From: Candidatus Woesearchaeota archaeon
Lineage (GTDB): Archaea > Nanobdellota > Nanobdellia > Woesearchaeales > JAGVYF01
Length of the DNA: 64,000 bases
Reading direction: 5' to 3'
Assembly (NCBI GenBank): GCA_023264635.1
Contig: JAHFLT010000002.1
Location: 19,139 to 83,138 of the forward strand
Part shown: piece by piece, positions 17,005 through 25,266 of the stretch
Layout of the letters: every line of letters begins with the position of its first letter
Position numbering within the stretch: position 1 is the stretch's first letter
Notes under the pieces: model-generated
The model's database searches: none
The model's input: the letters and a program-made list of their open reading frames with translations, nothing else
What the model was told of the DNA's origin: nothing
Made by a program: the position numbers and the translations under genes

Positions 17005-19710
17005 TTAGGCACAGACACACATCTGGTAATATTTCGAATCATTTCCAGTAGCACTACAAGCTCCTGTTCGAATAGTTGAATTGGCAGGTCCTAGTCCATC
17101 TGATGCCTGTGTGCTGAAATTTAGCTGCAATGTACATGTTAAACCGTGACTTGTACATACAGTACTACATGTATTGAAAGTAGTGTTCATGAAGAATGGC
17201 AGACCACCCATACTTGGCCCTGCTGTCTTTGCTATAGTTACGTTCTGCTGGCCACCATCTAAATACTCACGGTCAATCTTCGCAAGAGACAGATTACCTT
17301 CCAAAATGCCAGTTGTCACATTAAATCCGCCAGTAACATTTGCACCTGTATTGATGTTTAATGCTGCACTAAATGTTGACACACCTGCAAGAACAGTCAA
17401 TCCACCTGTCTGGACTATCTCTCCGCCAACTACTGTTGATCCCCCGGATGTAACGTTCAAGCCGCCAGTAACATTCGCACCTGTATTGATGTTTAATGCT
17501 GCACTAAATGTTGACACACCTGCAAGAACCGTCAACCCACCAGTCTGAATTGTTTCTCCGCCAACTACCGTTAATCCTCCGGATGTGACGTTCAAGCCAT
17601 TTGTTACGTTAGCGCCTGTTGTTGCACTCAAACCGCCAGATGTTGTAGTCAAACCAGCTGTGATTGTTGCTCCACCTGCAGATACTGTTAATCCGCCAGA
17701 TGCAACTGTTAGTGCACCATTGCTGGTAATGTTTGCTGCCTGAAGAGCTGCTTGCAGACTAACGTTTCCTACGCCAGTTGCAGTCCCTCCAAGAACGCTA
17801 GCATTCCCACCTGCTACTGTGAAAATCACTCTATTGGCAGTACCTGTTCCTTCAGAGAGCGTCATTATATTTCCTGTTCCATTATAAGTAACTGCCAATC
17901 CCGTAAAGCTGTTAGCAATTGGAGTCTGTTGAACTGTTATATTCACACCACTTGCTCCGACGCTTAGACCATTATTTGCAACAGTTGCACCTGTTACAGT
18001 TGCTCCACCTGCAAGAACAGTCAATCCACCTGTCTGGACTATTTGTCCGCCAACTACCGTTAATCCTCCGGATGTAACGTTCAAGCCATTTGTTACGTTA
18101 GCGCCTGTTGTTGCACTCAAACCGCCAGATGTTGTGGTCAAACCAGCAGTAATTGTTGCTCCACCTGCTGTCACTGTCAAACCAGTATCAACCACTGTTA
18201 AACCTCCAGCTATTTGTGCACCGCTAGCCAATGTTGTACCGCCAGATACGCTTAATCCATTACTTACTGTCAAATTTCTGATTGTACCATTATTTTCTAC
18301 AGTTAAGTTTCGGATTGCTACGCCTGCATTGAATCTCACATCGCTATTAAAGGTAGACGCACCGGTTGCTGTAAGTCCACCTGACTCGATTGTTACTCCC
18401 TGCTTCATCACAGATGTTGTTCCTACAGTCAATGAACCTGTCAAATTACTTGGACCAGTAACGTTCAAACCATCTGCTGTAGAGGCTAAACCACCAGTGC
18501 CTACTGTTGTTCTACCAGTGATAGTAGCTCCGCCAGCTAGAACCGTCAACCCACCAGTCTGAATTGTTTCTCCGCCAACTACCGTTAATCCTCCGGATGT
18601 GACGTTTAATCCACCAGTAATATTAGCTCCGCCACCATTTACTCTGAGACCTAATCCAACAACACCTTCACCCAATAAATCAGATCTGGCTGGAGATACT
18701 ACTGTGAGCCCACCGGCTGCCTCTATAGCAACAGCATTTTTAACAGTGATAGAACCTCCCACTACTAATGAACCTGTTAAATTAGTTGGACCAGTGACAT
18801 TGAGACCATCTGCAGTAGAGGCCAAACCACCAGTACCTACTGTTGTTCTGCCAGTGATAGTAGCTCCGCCAGTTAGAATCGTTAACCCGCCTGTCTGAAT
18901 TATAGAGCCACCAACAGTTGTCAAACCACCAGAGGTGATATTCGCACCACCAGTGATATTTACGCCGGCGTTGAGATTAACTGGCCCATTTGCATTCAAA
19001 GTTCCTGCAATAGTTAATGAACCACTGATAACGAGACTATTAATCTGAAGACCATTAGCAGTAATATTACCAACATCATTCACAGAAAAGATAACTGAAG
19101 TTGCGTTTTTAATGAGGATTGGAAAAGAACGATTATTAATGAGGTTTTGCGTCTGTTGTATTTCAAGACCCGTCCCATTACCAGCATTCTGCACCAATAG
19201 ACCAATACCATTGCCAGTACTTGTTTTGTTAATGGCAAACGCATTAGTATTAGCATCCTGATTTACTCTTCTTACATCTCCAATAGATGATTGAAATGCC
19301 TGACGGTCTTGCCCGTTAAAATTGAGGTTTTCGTTATTCACCCACATATCTATATAATAAACAGATTTGTATTCAAGAGAAAGATTATTTGATCCATTAC
19401 CTATCATGATATCAAATCTACCATTATTAATTGAAGTGAAAAAGTCATTTGTTGAATTGTAGACAACACTCCCCCCAGTAGCATTATCAAAAATAACAAC
19501 TTGAAGATTACCATTGTTAATAGGGTTGCCTACAGAATCAACAACATTACCTTGTAATGCCATGATATTATTTCCTCGGAAGTCTGCTGCAAAAACAAGA
19601 GAGCTCACGCTAAGCAATGCAATAACCATAATGATTATTAAGAAGGATAAGCGAGATATCAAAAATGCCTTATTTACCGTCACCACATTGTTATTCATTT
19701 GTTCTATCAC
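17005..19710 (-). CDS. Large secreted adhesin-like protein with Gly/Thr-rich beta-helix-like repeats, many N-x-S/T sequons and a Cys-rich C-terminal domain
   Basis: 901-aa ORF. N-terminal TM/signal 'FLISRLSFLIIIMVIALLSVSSLVFA'. Tandem motif 'SGGLTVVGGETIQTGGLTVLAGGATITG' repeated many times. C-term has 8 Cys ('TCSTVCTSHGLTCT...CSATG...QMCVCA'). Confidence 0.7.
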   Translation of the reverse strand: MIEQMNNNVVTVNKAFLISRLSFLIIIMVIALLSVSSLVFAADFRGNNIMALQGNVVDSVGNPINNGNLQVVIFDNATGGSVVYNSTNDFFTSINNGRFDIMIGNGSNNLSLEYKSVYYIDMWVNNENLNFNGQDRQAFQSSIGDVRRVNQDANTNAFAINKTSTGNGIGLLVQNAGNGTGLEIQQTQNLINNRSFPILIKNATSVIFSVNDVGNITANGLQINSLVISGSLTIAGTLNANGPVNLNAGVNITGGANITSGGLTTVGGSIIQTGGLTILTGGATITGRTTVGTGGLASTADGLNVTGPTNLTGSLVVGGSITVKNAVAIEAAGGLTVVSPARSDLLGEGVVGLGLRVNGGGANITGGLNVTSGGLTVVGGETIQTGGLTVLAGGATITGRTTVGTGGLASTADGLNVTGPSNLTGSLTVGTTSVMKQGVTIESGGLTATGASTFNSDVRFNAGVAIRNLTVENNGTIRNLTVSNGLSVSGGTTLASGAQIAGGLTVVDTGLTVTAGGATITAGLTTTSGGLSATTGANVTNGLNVTSGGLTVVGGQIVQTGGLTVLAGGATVTGATVANNGLSVGASGVNITVQQTPIANSFTGLAVTYNGTGNIMTLSEGTGTANRVIFTVAGGNASVLGGTATGVGNVSLQAALQAANITSNGALTVASGGLTVSAGGATITAGLTTTSGGLSATTGANVTNGLNVTSGGLTVVGGETIQTGGLTVLAGVSTFSAALNINTGANVTGGLNVTSGGSTVVGGEIVQTGGLTVLAGVSTFSAALNINTGANVTGGFNVTTGILEGNLSLAKIDREYLDGGQQNVTIAKTAGPSMGGLPFFMNTTFNTCSTVCTSHGLTCTLQLNFSTQASDGLGPANSTIRTGACSATGNDSKYYQMCVCA
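17330..18900. repeat. Intragenic near-identical DNA repeats (~120-bp units) inside the adhesin-like gene
   Basis: 17340-17460 is almost identical to 17460-17580. 17560-17660 matches 18060-18160. 18480-18600 matches 18790-18900. Confidence 0.7.
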
Positions 19711-19722
19711 CTCAAAACCACC

Positions 19723-20019
19723 TCATGGCCCCCCAATTCGAAAATTTGTAATTGCTATATTTTTCCCTGAAGACGTGATGTTTTGTGTTTCAGCTACTAG
19801 TGAGCCTGTTGATAAGCCAGTCAGAACATATGAAGATGTATTTTGGTGTTTGACCACAGAAGAGGTAACAATATTGCTCTTTTCTATTAAGCTACTTTTG
19901 AAAATAGTAACAAGACCCAGTATACTTAACAATGATAATAATAATACTTTCACATCTCTTTGCATTAATTCACCTTTTTTTGTTGCTAAATCTGATGGGG
20001 TTTCGAGTGGTAAATCCAT
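19723..20019 (-). CDS. Hypothetical small secreted/membrane protein immediately upstream of, and co-directional with, the adhesin gene
   Basis: 98-aa ORF with hydrophobic N-region 'VLLLSLLSILGLVTIF'. Its stop lies 12 nt before the adhesin start. An overlapping + strand ORF is judged spurious. Confidence 0.3.
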   Translation of the reverse strand: MDLPLETPSDLATKKGELMQRDVKVLLLSLLSILGLVTIFKSSLIEKSNIVTSSVVKHQNTSSYVLTGLSTGSLVAETQNITSSGKNIAITNFRIGGP

Positions 20020-20104
20020 ATATAAATATTTCGTTTTTACTTGTTTTTTCCAATTAAAAGTAATATTAACCTATTTTTTAAGTAATTGATGATAAATATC
20101 CCCC

Positions 20105-20215
20105 AAATAGTCTCAATTTGAGATTGTATTGCGATTTTGAGACAAATTGAGACCCCCTTATTTCCAGTGGAGATATAAGTGAAGATATAGATAGTCTCAA
20201 AAAGTCTCTAAGACA
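20105..20215. promoter_or_regulatory. Cluster of GTCTCA/TGAGAC motifs (one inverted repeat, two direct-repeat pairs) in the upstream region of the adhesin operon; candidate operator
   Basis: 'agtctcaatttgagat' (6-bp arms) at ~20109-20124. 'ttgagac' twice at 20137-20153. 'agtctcaaaaagtctc' at 20193-20208. Confidence 0.35.
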
Positions 20216-20218
20216 GGA

Positions 20219-20626
20219 TTACTTAGTCGCATGCACAGATCGTGAGACAAAGAAAACTCCATCTGTTTCGACGAGGAGCAAATTTCCGCTTAGTCTCAAT
20301 TCCTCGATATAACGATAGAAAGAAGCTTTTGAACAACAGTGCTCAGTGTCAACGACTATTTCCTTGAGCTCCACTAGTGGTCTAGAGCCTGCAGATAGCG
20401 TTTCAATAATCTTTTGCTTGGAATAGAGCTTGTTACGACGACTTGGTATATGTAGAACCTCATTTCGCTGCGTTTGTTCTGTTTTTTCTGCCAGACGTTG
20501 CAGGTGCATTTTTAGCAGCTCAATCTCTGCACGGAGAGCTTGTATATACGCATCATGTGTTTTGATATCAGATTTCACTTTTTCAAAGCTGCGCCTCACT
20601 ACCAGAAGTAGTTCTTCCTGATCCAT
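20219..20626 (-). CDS. Putative transcriptional regulator (N-terminal coiled-coil, C-terminal winged-helix-like segment)
   Basis: 135-aa ORF; heptad region 'IQALRAEIELLKMHLQRLAEKTEQTQ'; C-term 'SKASFYRYIEELRLSGNLLLVETDGVFFV' is wHTH-like. Confidence 0.4.
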   Translation of the reverse strand: MDQEELLLVVRRSFEKVKSDIKTHDAYIQALRAEIELLKMHLQRLAEKTEQTQRNEVLHIPSRRNKLYSKQKIIETLSAGSRPLVELKEIVVDTEHCCSKASFYRYIEELRLSGNLLLVETDGVFFVSRSVHATK

Positions 20627-20655
20627 ACACTAGACAAACTCAGGAAAAGATATAA

Positions 20656-21024
20656 ATGTTTTTACGCTGTGTTTCGGAAATGAACATCAGAAACAAAAAA
20701 ACTGGAAATATAGTGAGAGATGTCAGATGTGCACAGTCTTTTTTTTCAAAGGTAACCGGTTTAATGCTTTCTACGCAAAGGCCATTGCTTATGATCTTTT
20801 CTAAACCTGAAAAGATTTCTCTTCATACCTGGCTGGTTTTTTTTTCATTGCGGATTTATTACCTGGATGCTACGGGAGTCGTGATAGAAAACACATTGAT
20901 GCATCCATTCTCATTTTATAGACCAAAAGAATTTGCCACCTATGTCTTGGAAGTGCCTGCTTCATATGATTTCCGCGCTGATTGTGGAGACTATTTATTG
21001 CTTAGTACTAATAACTCACGATAA
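20656..21024 (+). CDS. DUF192 (COG1430) family protein
   Basis: 'GLMLSTQRPLLMIF...LHTWLVFFSLRIYYLDATGVVIEN...YVLEVPASY' matches the DUF192 pattern (GLM...GMLF...FWM.NT.IPLDI.F.D..G.V..I......A..VLE...G). Confidence 0.55.
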   Translation: MFLRCVSEMNIRNKKTGNIVRDVRCAQSFFSKVTGLMLSTQRPLLMIFSKPEKISLHTWLVFFSLRIYYLDATGVVIENTLMHPFSFYRPKEFATYVLEVPASYDFRADCGDYLLLSTNNSR

Positions 21025-21719
21025 AGAGAACGATGAACATGCCATGTATACGTTGCGTGGACAGTGTATCCTGTTTTGCGCGCTATAATGGGTCCTGAGA
21101 CAAAATGAGGAAAGCAAATAATCATTCTGCCGTAAAGAAGAGATTTTGTGTGCAACAAGAAGGAAAGATACAATGAAATAAGTGACTTGACAGAAGTGCT
21201 CTTGCCGTAAGGTAAATCAGTAACAATAGCATTTATTTTTTGTGATAATGAACATGCATCCTTGTATGCGAACGTTGCCGGGAATCCTGCGAGCCGTTTT
21301 TTGGCAATGGCTATCGCTACCTTGTCAACATCATAACCTACAACAGGATGTCCTAGTTTAGCTGCTTCTAATAAGATTCCTCCAGTACCACAGAATGGAT
21401 CCACTATCTCTGTCGAGCGCGGAACCTGTGTGAGATTAACCATCACACGCGCAAGTTTGGGTGGAAGACCGTTTGGCCGTGCTCTTTCTCTTTTTACAAA
21501 GATGCTTTTTTTACGTCGCTGGAGAGGCACCTGTTTATCATTAGTTATAATGAAGACATCTTTAACCAGCCCAAGATCTTTATTGTAGACAAAACCGTTT
21601 ACTAGAAGCCTTTCACCTTCCTCTGCAAGAATCCTTAGTGTGGGGTAAACACTGAACAGTTCTGCCTTTGCAAGACATACATTTTCACCAGATAAGATAA
21701 TAAGATACTTATTTTCCAT
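20991..21719 (-). CDS. Trm11/UPF0020-like RNA (guanine-N2) methyltransferase
   Basis: SAM-binding 'DPFCGTGGILLEAAKLG', acidic 'GYDVD', catalytic 'DLPYG'. The 3' end overlaps the DUF192 gene by 34 nt, convergently. Confidence 0.6.
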   Translation of the reverse strand: MENKYLIILSGENVCLAKAELFSVYPTLRILAEEGERLLVNGFVYNKDLGLVKDVFIITNDKQVPLQRRKKSIFVKRERARPNGLPPKLARVMVNLTQVPRSTEIVDPFCGTGGILLEAAKLGHPVVGYDVDKVAIAIAKKRLAGFPATFAYKDACSLSQKINAIVTDLPYGKSTSVKSLISLYLSFLLHTKSLLYGRMIICFPHFVSGPIIARKTGYTVHATYTWHVHRSLYRELLVLSNK

Positions 21720-22641
21720 GGAGATATATTTTTATCACTGCCTGTTTTCGTAGCTGATTCGCATGACTCAGAATTGCTTTGTTTTGTTTCTGCATGAGAA
21801 GCATCCTCTGCAACTTGCCTTTTACTTCAAAATAGCTCAATGGTCTTGATGACCGCTTATCATATACCTTGAGTATATGAAAGCCATATGTAGTCTTAAA
21901 AGTAGGAGAGGTTCCGTTGACTGGAGTTGTGAAAACAAACTTATCGAATTCCGGAACAGTTTGACCTTTGTATATATAACCCAAATTACCACCGAGCGGG
22001 GCTGAGAAAGAGTCTTCAGAATATTGTTTCGCCAACTCATCAAATGAGATTCCCTTTTTTATCTTATCGATAATTTGTTGCAGCGTCTCATCAAGCTCAA
22101 GACTTGTTTTTCCATTGAGCTTAATCAGAATATGAGCAACATGCACGCTTTCCGGTAGTACAAACTCTTGCGAATTATTATCGTAGTACTCTTTTTCTTC
22201 TTCTGGGGAGACAGTGACGTTGGTCAGGACAGTTTTGTTCAGATATTTTGCAATAAGTAATTGCGCCCGTAGGTGTTCTTTGGATGGGGAATATCCGAGG
22301 AGGGTAAACGTTTCATTGGCAGATATGTTTGCTTGCTCCAAAGCCAGTCCAAGCTCATTGTCTTTTACGCTTATTCCTAATTTTGCTGCTTGCTGCAAGA
22401 ATAGCTTCTGTAAGATAAGGTGTTCTAATGTATCTTGTTTGAGAACTGCATTTTCGATATCAGAAAGGAGAATTGGTTCTCCATTAATGAGAGCCGCATA
22501 TCCTTTTATCTTATCAAGTGGCAGCGCTGCATAAAGCTGTTCCCGGAAGAGAACTCCCCCGAGGAGAAGGAAAAATACACCGAATAGTACAATTCTCCCA
22601 TATCTGCATTGCATTTTTTTCATCGGAGGTGTTACGGACAA
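21709..22641 (-). CDS. Membrane-anchored parvulin-type peptidyl-prolyl cis-trans isomerase (SurA/PrsA-like)
   Basis: N-terminal TM 'IVLFGVFFLLLGGVLF'. PpiC domain 'VHVAHILIKL...FDELAKQYSED..SAPLGGNLGYIYKGQTVPEFDKFVF...GFHILKV'. Confidence 0.65.
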   Translation of the reverse strand: MSVTPPMKKMQCRYGRIVLFGVFFLLLGGVLFREQLYAALPLDKIKGYAALINGEPILLSDIENAVLKQDTLEHLILQKLFLQQAAKLGISVKDNELGLALEQANISANETFTLLGYSPSKEHLRAQLLIAKYLNKTVLTNVTVSPEEEKEYYDNNSQEFVLPESVHVAHILIKLNGKTSLELDETLQQIIDKIKKGISFDELAKQYSEDSFSAPLGGNLGYIYKGQTVPEFDKFVFTTPVNGTSPTFKTTYGFHILKVYDKRSSRPLSYFEVKGKLQRMLLMQKQNKAILSHANQLRKQAVIKIYLHGK

Positions 22642-22699
22642 CTCCTGTTAATAAGCTTTACTCAACAATATTTATATTGTCTAAGAATGTTTACATGAC

Positions 22700-24016
22700 A
22701 TGGTTGTAGAGATCATTATTGGCCGTTCAGAAGCTGACCGTAAAAAATACGGAACACGCGGAACTATCTTTCTGGCGAAGCAGTATATCAAGATGGCACA
22801 ATTCATGACGTTAGCCAATAAGGTTTTCATGGATGTGACGAGATCGCATGTTGTATTTGTGTGTGGCAAGCGTGGTGGAGGCAAATCGTACACTCTTGGA
22901 GTTATTGCTGAGGGCATGGCATCATTGGAACAAGATATCTCAAAAAATCTCAGTTGCATTATTCTCGATACAATGGGGATCTATTGGACGATGAAGTATC
23001 CCAATCACAAGGAGGAGGAACTTCTTAGAAGATGGGATATTGAAGGGAAAAGCCTTGATGTGCAGATATTCACACCTGTAGGCTACTTCAATGAATATAG
23101 GGAAAAGGGTATTCCCACTGATTACCCATTTGCTATCAAACCAAGTGAGTTAGCACCGGAGGATTGGTGCTTGAGCTTCGGCGTCTCTCCGCTTGAACCC
23201 ATTGGCGTGCTTATTGAAAAAGTTATCAATGAACTGCGTGGAAGGGGAGAGTTTTCAGTTGAGGACATCACCAAACGTATTGAGAAAGAAGAGCTAATAA
23301 GCGCGGAGGTGCGCGCAGCCGCCATTAACCGTTTCCGTAATGCTGAGCGATGGGGTCTTTTTAGCGAAGAGGGCACACCACTAGAAAGTTTAGTCATCGG
23401 GGGTAAAGTTACGGTGCTAGACGTAAGTTGTTATGCAACTGAAGCAAGAGGATGGGCGATTAAATCATTAGTCATCGGTCTTGTCGCAGAGAAATTATTC
23501 CTGGAACGCATGAAGATACGAAAGGAAGAGGAATTTGATGCTATTGAGAGTGCTGAGCATTTCTTTCGCTTGGATGAGCAGCACAAAATCAAGAAACCGT
23601 TGGTGTGGCTTGTCATAGATGAAGCCCACGAGTTTCTGCCAAAGGATGAAAAGACACCTGCGACAGACGCCCTCATCACACTCCTCAGAGAAGGAAGACA
23701 ACCGGGCATCTCGCTCGTCTTGGCATCCCAGCAACCCGGAAAAATTCATACAGATGTTATGACACAATCAGACATTATTATCTGTCACCGTATCACCACA
23801 AAAATAGATGTTGATGCTTTGGGTCTGCTTGCGCAATCTTATTTACGTACGAGCATTGACAAGGAAGTCCAAATGCTCCCTCCTGAACCTGGCTCTGCTC
23901 TGCTGATGGATGACCAGAATGAGCGTATCTACATTATCTGCGTAAGACCGCGCTTCTCATGGCATGGCGGGGAAGCTCCCACTGCTTTGGAAGAGAAAAA
24001 GACGCTTTTTGGATAA
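22700..24016 (+). CDS. HerA/FtsK-superfamily P-loop ATPase (DUF87-like); orphan, with no adjacent NurA
   Basis: N-term 'VVEIIIGRSEADRKKYGTRGTIFL' (HerA-barrel-like). Walker A 'VCGKRGGGKSYTLG'. Walker B 'LVWLVIDEAHEFLP'. 'SLVLASQQP...DIIICHRIT' is typical of DUF87/HerA. Confidence 0.55.
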   Translation: MVVEIIIGRSEADRKKYGTRGTIFLAKQYIKMAQFMTLANKVFMDVTRSHVVFVCGKRGGGKSYTLGVIAEGMASLEQDISKNLSCIILDTMGIYWTMKYPNHKEEELLRRWDIEGKSLDVQIFTPVGYFNEYREKGIPTDYPFAIKPSELAPEDWCLSFGVSPLEPIGVLIEKVINELRGRGEFSVEDITKRIEKEELISAEVRAAAINRFRNAERWGLFSEEGTPLESLVIGGKVTVLDVSCYATEARGWAIKSLVIGLVAEKLFLERMKIRKEEEFDAIESAEHFFRLDEQHKIKKPLVWLVIDEAHEFLPKDEKTPATDALITLLREGRQPGISLVLASQQPGKIHTDVMTQSDIIICHRITTKIDVDALGLLAQSYLRTSIDKEVQMLPPEPGSALLMDDQNERIYIICVRPRFSWHGGEAPTALEEKKTLFG

Positions 24017-24049
24017 GTTTAAATAAAAAATAGATTCTGCTGTTTAGAA

Positions 24050-25252
24050 ATGGCTGAGAAAAACAGCTTAGACAATATTGTCATTGCAACTGTTTCCAGC
24101 ACGCATGCTGACTTTTCTGAAAGAATTGCTGAATATGCTGGACAAAATGGTTCTATTCTTAACATAATGGACCCGCATAAATTCTCAGGAAAAGAATACT
24201 GCCCAAGATTTAAGGTCCCGGTAATTGAAAAAAATGTATATCTCATAGCAACACAAGGTCCTTTCCAGAATCCTCAGGAGATGATGGCACGCATTGCATT
24301 TGCCGCGAGCGCTGCGAAAACAAATGGAGCTAGGCGTGTTACGGCAGTGATGACTGATCTTCCGTTCTCACGACAAGACAGGGGACCAAAAGAAGATAGT
24401 CGGATGATTGGGCAGCCATTGAGCGCTGAAGTTCAGGCTGCGATATTTGCAGCCACTGGTGTTGACCGTGTCCTTACAATGCACTTGCACTCAGAAAAAT
24501 TGTACAGCATATACGCAAATGTATACAGGCAGGAAGGGAAAAATGTGCTCTATGGCATTGTGCCAGATTTCATCACTGCGCACTACTTTAGATCCTGTGC
24601 GAGCTTGAACATCAAAGAAAATGGCTCAGATATTGTTTTTATTGCTGTTGATAAGGGAAGTATTCCTTATATTAGGCGGATAAAAAAACTCATTGGCCTT
24701 CCATATGCAGGAATACTCTGTTTTTCGAAAAAGAGGAAAGAGCCAAATAAGGAAACAGGTCTTCTTATTGATATAGATTCACATGAGAATGTGACTTTAT
24801 TAGAAAATAAAATAGGTATCATAGCAGATGACATCGTTGACACAGGAGGCACGCTTGGTGTGATTGGTGATGCGCTCAATACAAACAAGTTTGGTCTGGG
24901 AAAAATGAAAGGACTCTACATTTATTTTACGCACCCGGTTCTTGCAGCAGATTCATATAAACAAAAACAGTCAGACTTGATTAAGATAGGAGCACGAGAG
25001 ATTATCTGTACAAATACGCGACCATACATTGCAGAGATTGAGAAACAGGATGAGGAATTCAAGAAAAGAGCAACTATTCTGTTGATAGAAAAGCTTTTTG
25101 CCCATGCCATTATTAACTGTTGTGAGAGAAACAAACATCCTGAAGAAGTCTACACATTCGCGACAGGAAATGATGGTGATGAACAGGCAAGCAAACTATA
25201 TGAAATCAAACGTTCCGAGTTATTTATAGAAAAAGATATAGAAAAAAAATAA
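24050..25252 (+). CDS. prs: Ribose-phosphate pyrophosphokinase (PRPP synthetase) homologue with ~80-aa C-terminal extension
   Basis: 'ARRVTAVMTDLPFSRQDRG' (cf. RITAVIPYFGYARQDRK). 'VLTMHLHSEKLYSIY' (cf. DLHA.QIQGFF). PRPP-binding 'IIADDIVDTGGTL'. Confidence 0.65.
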   Translation: MAEKNSLDNIVIATVSSTHADFSERIAEYAGQNGSILNIMDPHKFSGKEYCPRFKVPVIEKNVYLIATQGPFQNPQEMMARIAFAASAAKTNGARRVTAVMTDLPFSRQDRGPKEDSRMIGQPLSAEVQAAIFAATGVDRVLTMHLHSEKLYSIYANVYRQEGKNVLYGIVPDFITAHYFRSCASLNIKENGSDIVFIAVDKGSIPYIRRIKKLIGLPYAGILCFSKKRKEPNKETGLLIDIDSHENVTLLENKIGIIADDIVDTGGTLGVIGDALNTNKFGLGKMKGLYIYFTHPVLAADSYKQKQSDLIKIGAREIICTNTRPYIAEIEKQDEEFKKRATILLIEKLFAHAIINCCERNKHPEEVYTFATGNDGDEQASKLYEIKRSELFIEKDIEKK

Positions 25253-25266
25253 CGGCGAAATAATGA

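Noticed and set aside
17174-18898. Several 70-140-aa + strand ORFs rich in Pro/Val/Thr ('NPPVTFAPVLMFNAALNVDTPARTVNPPV...')
   Set aside because: They lie antisense to the repetitive adhesin gene. Their repetitiveness simply mirrors the sense-strand Gly/Thr repeats, and there are no start or SD signals.
19514-20089. 191-aa + strand ORF
   Set aside because: Overlaps the adhesin start and the 98-aa minus ORF; the sequence is low-complexity with no recognisable domain; antisense artefact.
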